NCBI GenBank assembly: GCA_965197475.1
Contig: CBDANF010000002.1
Span: 192,001-256,000, forward strand
From: Candidatus Poribacteria bacterium
GTDB taxonomy: Bacteria > Poribacteria > WGA-4E > WGA-3G
DNA: 64,000 nucleotides
Direction: 5' to 3'
A program made the position numbers and the translations under genes. Positions 31,268 to 39,558 of this stretch are shown here, one piece after another (position 1 is the stretch's first letter; every line of letters starts with the position of its first letter). The notes under the pieces are model-generated. The model was not told the DNA's origin, ran no database searches, and was given only the letters and a program-made list of their open reading frames with translations.

Positions 31268-32824
31268 ATGGCTAACGAAGATTTTACCTCGAAAGTACCC
31301 CACTATACCTTCGCGGAAACATTGGAAGAACAGGAAGAACAGTTAAAGACAAATCCGTTAATGCAACGGTTGATCGCTTATCGGAAGACTTATGAAGGCG
31401 ACCCGCATCGCCCGATCTATCACTATATCAATCCGGAAGCGATGCTCAACGATCCGAACGGTCTTTGCTTTTGGCAAGGACGATGGCACCTCTTCTATCA
31501 AGCATATCCACTGGAAGATACACGTCAGCATTGGGGACACGCTGTTAGCGATGACCTTATCCACTGGCGCGATTTGCCTTATGCGATTTATCCGAACCCA
31601 GAACGCTGCTGTTTTTCCGGTTCAACCTATGTTGAAGAGGATCGCGTGATTGCCATGTATCACGGGACTGTTGTCGGTAATATGGTAGCAGTGTCAAGCG
31701 ACCCACTTCTTTTGAATTGGGAGAAGGTTTCTGGCAAAGCGGTGATACCCTCAAGACACGCTGATGGCACAAACCCTGTTTATCGTGTTTTCGATCCGTG
31801 TATTTGGAAAAAAGATGATATGTATTATTCGCTATCGGGTGGAACGTTACCACACGGTCCCGGTGGCAAACCTGTTCGAGCGAACTTTCTGCTCCGTTCA
31901 GCAGATCTGGCGAACTGGGTCTATTTGCACCCCTTCGTTGAAGATGATCAATACACGTTGGTAGGTGATGATGGTGCATGTCCGTATTTTTGGCCCATCG
32001 GCGATCGACACATCCTTCTATTTTTCAGTCACATGAGTGGTGGGCAATATCTGCTCGGTGATTACGACACGGCACGTGATAAGTTCGTTGTGACAGCAGG
32101 TGCAAAGAATAACTTCAGAGCAGCGTCTCCCGCTGGTGTTCATGCGCCGTCTGCGGTTCCTGATGGTGAGGGTGGTGTCATCGTAATCTACAACATGAAC
32201 CCCGCAAAACCGACTAAGGGTTGGAACCAGATTATGACGTTGCCGCGTCGCCTGACGCTTCTCTCAAAAGATGATCTCGGTGTTGAACCTGCTGGCGATA
32301 TTGAATCTTTGCGGTCCGACCATCAGCATGTTAATGCGACAACACTTCCTGCAAATGAGGAAGTTGTGTTAGAAAACATAAATGGCAACGCTATGGAGCT
32401 TGCGCTTGAAATTGACACAAAAGGTTCACCCATGGTTGAACTGAACGTCTTGCGTTCACCACAGAAAGAGGAATTTACCCGTATCGCGTTCTTCAGAGAA
32501 CGCGGCATGCGTAACCTCAATTCAGGCAGAAATGTTCGCGATAGCTTGCTAACAATTGATTCCTCTTATTCGTCAATTGCACCAGATGTGCGTTCGCGTG
32601 CCCCCGAAACTGGTACGCTTTCAATTACCGGAGACGAAACGCTCAAATTGCGTGTGTTTGTTGATAAGAGTGTCGTGGAAGTATTCGCTAATGGACGACA
32701 ATGTGTTGCTATGCGGGTTTATCCTGACAGAGAAGATAGTGTCGGTGTATCTTTGCGTTCGCAAGGGCAAGATAGCGAACTCAAATCGTTGGATGCTTGG
32801 CAGATGAAGAATATCTATGCTTAG
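31268..32824 (+). CDS. Glycoside hydrolase family 32 protein
   Basis: LNDPNG, WHLFYQ, HWGHAVS-x-DLIHW, CFSGS, C-terminal LRVFVDKSVVEVF-x-N. Confidence 0.9.
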   Translation: MANEDFTSKVPHYTFAETLEEQEEQLKTNPLMQRLIAYRKTYEGDPHRPIYHYINPEAMLNDPNGLCFWQGRWHLFYQAYPLEDTRQHWGHAVSDDLIHWRDLPYAIYPNPERCCFSGSTYVEEDRVIAMYHGTVVGNMVAVSSDPLLLNWEKVSGKAVIPSRHADGTNPVYRVFDPCIWKKDDMYYSLSGGTLPHGPGGKPVRANFLLRSADLANWVYLHPFVEDDQYTLVGDDGACPYFWPIGDRHILLFFSHMSGGQYLLGDYDTARDKFVVTAGAKNNFRAASPAGVHAPSAVPDGEGGVIVIYNMNPAKPTKGWNQIMTLPRRLTLLSKDDLGVEPAGDIESLRSDHQHVNATTLPANEEVVLENINGNAMELALEIDTKGSPMVELNVLRSPQKEEFTRIAFFRERGMRNLNSGRNVRDSLLTIDSSYSSIAPDVRSRAPETGTLSITGDETLKLRVFVDKSVVEVFANGRQCVAMRVYPDREDSVGVSLRSQGQDSELKSLDAWQMKNIYA

Positions 32825-32830
32825 AAAGTT

Positions 32831-32914
32831 ACGGTTCTTCGTATCCTACGTGCTATAAACATCGCGCCTTTACAAGAAGGCTATAGATTCAGTTTGTAGG
32901 ATTTGAAGAACCGT
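32831..32914. repeat. 19-bp inverted repeat (terminator- or MITE-like) after the GH32 gene
   Basis: acggttcttcgtatcctac and gtaggatttgaagaaccgt are complementary at 17 of 19 positions. Confidence 0.6.
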
Positions 32915-33085
32915 GATCTAAAAATCTTGGGTATTTGATATGGCAAATACGGTATAAATAACGGGAAAAATCCTATTTTGCAGTCGGTGGTGAGGCGAAG
33001 ATTATTTCAATGGATGTGTGGCAGAAGGGTTCTATCTGGCAAGAATTAAAATATCGAGAAGGGGAGTAGCAAGACAGAAATTAGA

Positions 33086-34393
33086 ATGGGGAACCTCATG
33101 AAAACTCCACGAATTTATAACAATAATACAAATGGTGTCTTAGTCCGGGTGATGGCAATTTGCCTGATGCTTTGTTTAACCGCTATCTTTACAAGCTGCG
33201 GCATCTTTTATTCTATTCAACACACCGAAACAACACAAGACATCAACATACCTGAACCTTCTCCTCCCCCGGTCTCTGTCCGCAAGACTTTTGATCTGGA
33301 TCCGTTTTACCAGCAATGGATTGATGTGGAAGGATTACCTATTATAGCATCCGCGAAGGTGAATCCTTATGCCGTAAAAGAGGCAGCATGGCTCATCAGA
33401 CAAATGATCGGGCATCGGAAGGATGTGCTGCAGGCATTAGCACAAAATGGTGTGCGTTTTGCTGTTATGGCACACAATGAAATGACAACACAGATTCCTG
33501 AGCATAGTGATCTCCAACCTGACTTTTATTGGGATGTACGTGCACGTGGTTTAGGTCCTACACCTTCAAATCTCGCGACCAGTTGTGGTGAAGAAAATCT
33601 ACTGAATTATCAAGGCGATCCGTATGACACAGAAAATATTTTAATTCATGAATTCAGTCATGCGATCCATCTAATGGGACTGAATACAGTTGATCCAAGT
33701 TTTGATCAACGGCTTGAAGAAACATATAATGCTGCAGTAAACAAAGGGTTGTGGAAAGGCACCTATGCTATTACAAACAGAGAAGAGTACTGGGCAGAAG
33801 GTACACAATCCTGGTTTAATACAAATCGGGTAAATGACTACCAACATAATCATGTCAATACTCAGGAAAAACTAAAAGTATATGATCCAGCACTTGCGGG
33901 GATGCTTTCCGAAATCTACGGTGATTCAGACTGGCGATACTCGCTTGCAAAAACCCGGACCCATCTTTCACATCTGAAAGGATTCAATCCGAAGAATTCT
34001 CCAAAATTTAGCTGGCCTCCGGAGGTAACAGAATGGTCAGTACTACAACAGCAATTGCTGGACCTTGCAAGTGATGGCAATGGTAAATGGGTCCCTTTGA
34101 ATCAGCTTAATCCTAATCAACATCCAAAACCAAGTTCTGTAGATAGTAACGCCGAAACCTTAATCCTTTTTGCGAATGCCACGAAAGAAGTAGTCACTTA
34201 CCACTGGATAGATACAGAGGGTAATGAACATTTCTACGGCAGGGTCGCTCCCAATTCTTTTGCCGGTCAACTCACGTTCGCGGGGCATGTTTGGGTCGTC
34301 AAAGACGAGAAAGAGAAAAACATATCTGTCTTTCGCGCTGAGAAAAAAACGGGTCGGGCTTTTGTGACCACAAGACCTCAGATTAAGCAGTAG
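33086..34393 (+). CDS. Lipoprotein zinc metallopeptidase with C-terminal VHL beta-like domain
   Basis: Lipobox FTS-C; ENILIHEFSHAIH plus EYWAEG; C-terminal F-x-N-x-T...HWID-x-x-G...Y...TF-x-x-H-x-WVV. Confidence 0.7.
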   Translation: MGNLMKTPRIYNNNTNGVLVRVMAICLMLCLTAIFTSCGIFYSIQHTETTQDINIPEPSPPPVSVRKTFDLDPFYQQWIDVEGLPIIASAKVNPYAVKEAAWLIRQMIGHRKDVLQALAQNGVRFAVMAHNEMTTQIPEHSDLQPDFYWDVRARGLGPTPSNLATSCGEENLLNYQGDPYDTENILIHEFSHAIHLMGLNTVDPSFDQRLEETYNAAVNKGLWKGTYAITNREEYWAEGTQSWFNTNRVNDYQHNHVNTQEKLKVYDPALAGMLSEIYGDSDWRYSLAKTRTHLSHLKGFNPKNSPKFSWPPEVTEWSVLQQQLLDLASDGNGKWVPLNQLNPNQHPKPSSVDSNAETLILFANATKEVVTYHWIDTEGNEHFYGRVAPNSFAGQLTFAGHVWVVKDEKEKNISVFRAEKKTGRAFVTTRPQIKQ

Positions 34394-34414
34394 GTTACGT
34401 AAGGAGTAAGAACC

Positions 34415-35563
34415 ATGAAACGACTTACACTAACATCGTTAGGACAGATCCCTGAAGCCGATATCTCCTTTGGGGACTTGACTGTGTTGGTAGGTGAACA
34501 AGCGAGTGGAAAGAGCATTCTACTCCAACTTGTAAAGTTAATTTTAGACGTAGGCGATATTACGCAAACTCTCAAAAAACACGGTTTTGATTGGCACGAG
34601 AAATCTGAGGATTTTTTATCCCTCTATTTCGGTGAAGGGATGGAAGGGATTTGGGACAATACCACGACGAAAATCACCGTTGACGACGTGGACTTTGATC
34701 TTGACAAAGAATTATCCAGAAAAGGTAGAAAAAAATCGGAGAGACTCTTCCTGATTCCTGCACACCGAGTAATGACACTCAAGGATGGATGGCCACGTGC
34801 TTTTACGGATTACGCTCTTGGTGACCCTTACGTTGTTAAGCAATTTAGTGAACACCTGCGTCTATTACTAGAAACGGGTTTGGGTTCTGGTAAAGGTGAC
34901 ATCTTTCCGCAGGCAGGCCGTATGAATAAAGCGATACGCGACACAATTGGGGAGCGTATTTTTGGCGGAGCTAAAGTTCAACTGGATCGTTCAGGTTTGC
35001 GTAAACGAATTGTCTTAGAGGTTGAAGGTAGTCATCTACCGTTTATGGTTTGGTCAACTGGTCAGCGGGAATTCGTGCCTCTGTTGATGGGACTGTACAG
35101 GTTAATGCCTGCGGGAGGCACGCGAAAGAAAAATAACCTCAATTGGGTTGTTATTGAAGAACCGGAAATGGGCTTACATCCTCAATCCATTTCAGCACTG
35201 CTCACTGTTATTTTTGAGTTAATGCGGCGCGATTACAAAGTAATTGTTTCTACTCATTCGTCGCAAGTTCCTGAGCTAATATGGGCGGCACAATTACTTG
35301 TCAAATGGAATGTTGATTCAACAACCCTATTAAAATTATTGGATTTGAATACCACTTCCTTTTCCACGGAGTTAGCAGAAACAGTATTTTGGAAAAAAAC
35401 TTTCAAGACCTATTATTTGTCTCCACATAACGAGGTTAAAGACATTTCAACATTAGATGCTGAAGATCCGGACGAAGCAGTTTCAGATTGGGGTGGACTC
35501 ACGATATTCAGCACAAAGGTCGCTGATGTCATTTCTGAAGCTATGTGGAGAGCAAACCTATGA
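34415..35563 (+). CDS. ABC-type (AAA_15/AAA_21-like) ATPase
   Basis: GEQASGKS, signature-like STGQRE, VVIEEPEMGLHP, VSTHS. Confidence 0.85.
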   Translation: MKRLTLTSLGQIPEADISFGDLTVLVGEQASGKSILLQLVKLILDVGDITQTLKKHGFDWHEKSEDFLSLYFGEGMEGIWDNTTTKITVDDVDFDLDKELSRKGRKKSERLFLIPAHRVMTLKDGWPRAFTDYALGDPYVVKQFSEHLRLLLETGLGSGKGDIFPQAGRMNKAIRDTIGERIFGGAKVQLDRSGLRKRIVLEVEGSHLPFMVWSTGQREFVPLLMGLYRLMPAGGTRKKNNLNWVVIEEPEMGLHPQSISALLTVIFELMRRDYKVIVSTHSSQVPELIWAAQLLVKWNVDSTTLLKLLDLNTTSFSTELAETVFWKKTFKTYYLSPHNEVKDISTLDAEDPDEAVSDWGGLTIFSTKVADVISEAMWRANL

Positions 35564-36018
35564 GTTTTGTTGATGCAGTTAGGCACACTCTCGAAATTGC
35601 CGAATGCCTAAAAGCAGGGCTGCAGGCACTGGGTTCTAATCGTCATAAAGTCAAAGCAGATGCAACGCGCAGCATAACAGGAAGCGTTGATTTAGACGAA
35701 TGTCTTGCGCAACGTTATCCAAATGCGACTCGTTGGGACTATGTATTCGGTTATAAAGATCGGCTTTACTATGTTGAAGTTCATCAAGGGCGCGCAAGTG
35801 AAATAGAAAACGTCATAGCAAAATTAGATTGGTTAAGACAATGGCGCAAACAGGCAGCAACAAACCTTGAAAATTTGAAGGATCGGAGCACCTATCACTG
35901 GATTTCCACCGGAAAAATTGAATCAGCATTCGCTAAAAATAATAGATATCGTAGAATCTTGCGTCAAAAGAGTATCTTTGGACCAGATCGTATGTTGAAC
36001 GTTGATTCTGTTCCGTAA
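35560..36018 (+). CDS. Small hypothetical protein, possible PD-(D/E)xK-fold nuclease partner of the ATPase
   Basis: ATGA overlap with the ATPase stop; RWDY...YYVEVH...K motif. Confidence 0.55.
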   Translation: MSFVDAVRHTLEIAECLKAGLQALGSNRHKVKADATRSITGSVDLDECLAQRYPNATRWDYVFGYKDRLYYVEVHQGRASEIENVIAKLDWLRQWRKQAATNLENLKDRSTYHWISTGKIESAFAKNNRYRRILRQKSIFGPDRMLNVDSVP

Positions 36019-36069
36019 TTATATTGCTGCCTGTTTAGACATAACCTTAAAAGATGTGGAAAAAGACAG

Positions 36070-36702
36070 ATGAGTGAATTGATCGAAAAAGTCACTGCAT
36101 TTATTACGCAAGAACGCAATGGGGTGAAGGCGTTACTTGTATTCAAACATCCCACTGCTGGTATCCAAATTCCAGCGGGGACAGTTGAAGTCGGTGAAGA
36201 TATTGAAACTGCTGTCCAGAGAGAGGCACATGAAGAAACAGGACTGCAAAATGTAAAGATTGAAAAATATCTCGGCTGTTTTGAAAATGAGTTAGGAGAG
36301 CAAGAGCGGATAATAACAGAAACAACGAAAGTTTATATCAAACCCGATTTAAACGCGATTCCGTATAAAGATAAACTAACCAGAGGACTCACTGTGGCGT
36401 ATCATTCAACCCATAAAGATTTCACTCACGTTTCATATTTTGAATACGATAAATTTCCCGATCCCTCGTATATTGCCTATAATATATCGGGATGGATGCC
36501 GAACAAAAACTTGAGCAAACAGAAAACACGACATTTCTTTCTGTTGAGTACTTCAGAAAAAACAGAGGATATGTGGGAATTGGAAAGCGATAGAGGTCAT
36601 ATTTTTCAGCCTTTTTGGACACCACTTGCACCGAAACCCGATATTGTGTTGCCGCAAAATAGATGGTTGGATTTTGTCTATGAGAAAATACTTGTTGAAT
36701 AA
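36070..36702 (+). CDS. NUDIX hydrolase
   Basis: PAGTVEVGEDIETAVQREAHEETG Nudix box. Confidence 0.9.
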   Translation: MSELIEKVTAFITQERNGVKALLVFKHPTAGIQIPAGTVEVGEDIETAVQREAHEETGLQNVKIEKYLGCFENELGEQERIITETTKVYIKPDLNAIPYKDKLTRGLTVAYHSTHKDFTHVSYFEYDKFPDPSYIAYNISGWMPNKNLSKQKTRHFFLLSTSEKTEDMWELESDRGHIFQPFWTPLAPKPDIVLPQNRWLDFVYEKILVE

Positions 36703-37201
36703 TTATAGTAACAACATATCAGGAAAATAAGCAACAATAATCAATTTCAAAGATGAACACTGCCGCCGCATCGTACAGCACAGTTTCATTGAGTTGGCGG
36801 AAGCGGAGTTAATCAAGCGACGAGACGAACCGATTCTTTGGTACCAACGTTATGGACAGCAATCGCTCTACGCTAACCCGATGATGATTATCACGACCAG
36901 TGAGATAGAGAGATCTCGCCTTGCACCCATCACCGATTGAGTATCCATGAATGTTCAATTAGCAGATACCTCTCTCAGCAAGCATCGCTCTCGGAAAGCT
37001 GTCATGCTGAAAGCATAAAATATCCAGCCACCACTGAATTCGTCCAGATTTTTTGTTTAGAAAATTGAAACTGTGATAGAATGACGAACAATGGTAAGAG
37101 CGAGTCAGTGGTATGTCCACACATTGCATGTTTAACCCCTATATGTCGTCACGAATTCTCAATTCACAACCTTCTTACACAATAAAAGGAGATCATGACA
37201 G

Positions 37202-37966
37202 ATGAAGATCGTAATAGCGAATTTAATTCTTGGTTGTGCCAGTTTAATAGTCCTTAGCCTGATATTCGTTGGCATCAGCAATGCCGAACTTGATCTGAAA
37301 ACCGTTGTCGGAATGTGGCACTTTGATGATAATAAGGGGAATACGGCGGAGGATTCCTCTGAAAATGGCAATGACGGAAAACTTGTGAACAGTCCAAAAT
37401 GGGCAGAGAACGGTAAGTTCGGATCCGCACTGGAATTTGATGGAAATGAAAGTAAAGGCCAGGTGGCTGTTGGGGATTTGGGTTTATCTGGAACGATCAC
37501 ATTAATTTTGTGGGCGAATCCAAACGACGCGGTTAATGATGATCGGCTAATATCGAATACCAGTGGACCGACAAATCCAGCCTTCGCAACCCGGTTCCAA
37601 AATGGCGGAGTTGAAATCTGGGGTGCCGCCTGGAAACCCGTCATCCCAAAATTTGATAATAATAAATGGGGACACTATGTCTTCGTATTTGATGGTGCTG
37701 GAAATGTGACAGGCTATTACAATGGTAAAAAAGAGGACACAGTTTCCGATCCTTATGTTTTTACGGAGATCGGTATTGGCGCGAATTTTTTAGATCAATG
37801 GGGACAATATTTTTCAGGTCTCTTTGATGAGGTCGCGTTTTTCAATGTTGCTTTGACTGAGGTTGACATTAAAGTCCTCATGACAAAAGGGCTCAAATCC
37901 GCGTTGTCGGTTTACCCCGCAAGCAAATTAACTACAACATGGGAAAATATAAAAGCCACCCTGTAG
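37202..37966 (+). CDS. Secreted LamG-like jellyroll protein
   Basis: Signal peptide, WHFDD-x-x-G...DSS-x-NG-x-DG, GKFGSALEFDG, F-x-G-x-x-DEV-x-x-FN-x-AL, C-terminal VYPASKLTTTWENIK. Confidence 0.85.
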   Translation: MKIVIANLILGCASLIVLSLIFVGISNAELDLKTVVGMWHFDDNKGNTAEDSSENGNDGKLVNSPKWAENGKFGSALEFDGNESKGQVAVGDLGLSGTITLILWANPNDAVNDDRLISNTSGPTNPAFATRFQNGGVEIWGAAWKPVIPKFDNNKWGHYVFVFDGAGNVTGYYNGKKEDTVSDPYVFTEIGIGANFLDQWGQYFSGLFDEVAFFNVALTEVDIKVLMTKGLKSALSVYPASKLTTTWENIKATL

Positions 37967-38016
37967 GGATCAAGTTAAGTACAAAGCATGTCCTCATCAG
38001 CATTTTCGATTAGGAA

Positions 38017-38250
38017 TTGAATGGCATCGCTTCATCAAGTTATGATGCCATGCTGCTTTTGGCAAACGCGATTGAACAGGCCCAATCAACGGATCCTGTT
38101 GCGGCTCGCGATGCGTTGGCCGCAACAAAAGACTTTCAGGGTTCAACCTATATTTCTCATTACGATGAGAGCCAGCATCCCGACAAAAATCTGGCAATCC
38201 TGACGGTTGGCGATGGGAAATCCCAAACCTATAAAATCGTTGAGCCGTAA
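38017..38250 (+). pseudogene. 3' fragment of a LivJ-type ABC substrate-binding protein
   Basis: YDAMLLLANAIEQAQSTDP...RDALAATKDFQGST is the typical C-terminus of the family; the N-terminal region is absent. Confidence 0.65.
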
Positions 38251-38334
38251 TTCTCTGGTAGAGCTGTGCAAAGGAAGGGTTTAACGCCTTAAGCCTTCAC
38301 AGCTTCCTGACACACTTTCTTGGAGGAGATAAAG

Positions 38335-39435
38335 ATGTCAACTTATCGTGCAGGCGTAATCGGTTTAGGACGGATGGGGAGTACTTTTGATGACGAGATC
38401 ACGCAGGGAGGATCACTTTTTCTTCCTTATTGTCATGCTCCAAGTTATCAGGCTTCACCAAAAGTGGAATTGGTCGCGGGTGCGGATCTACATGCTGAAC
38501 AAGCCTCAATTTTTGGCAAACGTTGGGGATTAGGGTCAAAACATATCTATGGCGATTATCGTGAAATGTTAGAGAAGGAAAATCTTGATCTTGTAAGTAT
38601 TTGCACGACAGCACGGGTACGTGCGACTATTGTGCAAGATGTGGCGCGTGCGGGTGCAAAAGGGATATGGGCAGAAAAACCGATTTCGCTCAGTCTCGCC
38701 GAAGCAGATACGATGGTGGATGTCTGCCGAGAAAACGGTGTCGTAATGGCAATAAATTGTGCAAGACGGTGGAATCCTTTCTTTAGCGAGGCAAGAAAAC
38801 TTATTGACGAGGGTGAAATTGGTAATGTGCTGCAGGTAACTGTGTATGCACAGTGCGGTCTCTCGCATAACGGCAGCCATGCCATTGATATTCTACGTTA
38901 TATGGCAGGTGGAAATGTAGAATGGGTTTTCGGTGAGATGCAGTCCGATGAAGCCGCTGCAGGTGAAAACGACTTGATGGGAAACGGCTACATGGTATTT
39001 GATAACGGTGTGCGTGCATATCTCCGAAGCACAGCGTGTGGCGCAGCACCTTGGGAGGTGGATGTCATCGGCACAAGCGGACGTATCCGATCAATCAACA
39101 ATGCCGAGACGTTTGAACTGATTCGTATGGTTCCCGGTGGACGACGTGGACGCGGCGTTCCTGCTACGTGTCCGTTCCCGTGGCCCGTGCGGATGCAAGG
39201 CATGGGATTGACCATTGTTGACGACATCATCAACGCTATTGAAAACGGAGGTTCGCCTAAATGTTCAGGTGAAGATGGTCGTGCTGCGCTTGAGGTTGCC
39301 ATTGCACTTCGAGAATCGCATCGCCGTGGTGGTGTAAAAGTGGACTTGCCGATTGAAGATCGAAGTCTGCGTATTCTTTCGTCTGAGATTCGGGGTGATG
39401 ATACACCTGCACGGGTTAGACGGATGCGGAGTTGA
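38335..39435 (+). CDS. Gfo/Idh/MocA family oxidoreductase
   Basis: VIGLGRMG, AEKPIS, GSHAID. GGAGGAG RBS before ATG 38335. Confidence 0.92.
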   Translation: MSTYRAGVIGLGRMGSTFDDEITQGGSLFLPYCHAPSYQASPKVELVAGADLHAEQASIFGKRWGLGSKHIYGDYREMLEKENLDLVSICTTARVRATIVQDVARAGAKGIWAEKPISLSLAEADTMVDVCRENGVVMAINCARRWNPFFSEARKLIDEGEIGNVLQVTVYAQCGLSHNGSHAIDILRYMAGGNVEWVFGEMQSDEAAAGENDLMGNGYMVFDNGVRAYLRSTACGAAPWEVDVIGTSGRIRSINNAETFELIRMVPGGRRGRGVPATCPFPWPVRMQGMGLTIVDDIINAIENGGSPKCSGEDGRAALEVAIALRESHRRGGVKVDLPIEDRSLRILSSEIRGDDTPARVRRMRS

Positions 39436-39474
39436 AATAACTTATATGTGTATTACACAAAATAAATTTTTAAT

Positions 39475-39503
39475 TTGAAAATATATTGGAAATATGGTAT
39501 ATT
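39475..39503 (+). promoter_or_regulatory. Putative sigma70 promoter of the STAND pair
   Basis: TTGAAA, 17-nt spacer, TATATT with a TG extension. Confidence 0.45.
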
Positions 39504-39558
39504 TACAGTAAGTTTTACTTTTCGCACTAAACTTTAAAGTGTCAAAAATAGAGTAGTT

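Noticed and set aside
36740-37140. Possible ncRNA or gene remnant between the NUDIX and LamG genes
   Set aside because: Only a short open frame (<60 aa) with no recognisable motif, and no convincing RNA structure.
38262-38304. Hairpin agctgtg...cacagct upstream of the oxidoreductase as a riboswitch
   Set aside because: No recognisable aptamer consensus; it may be a simple terminator-like stem.
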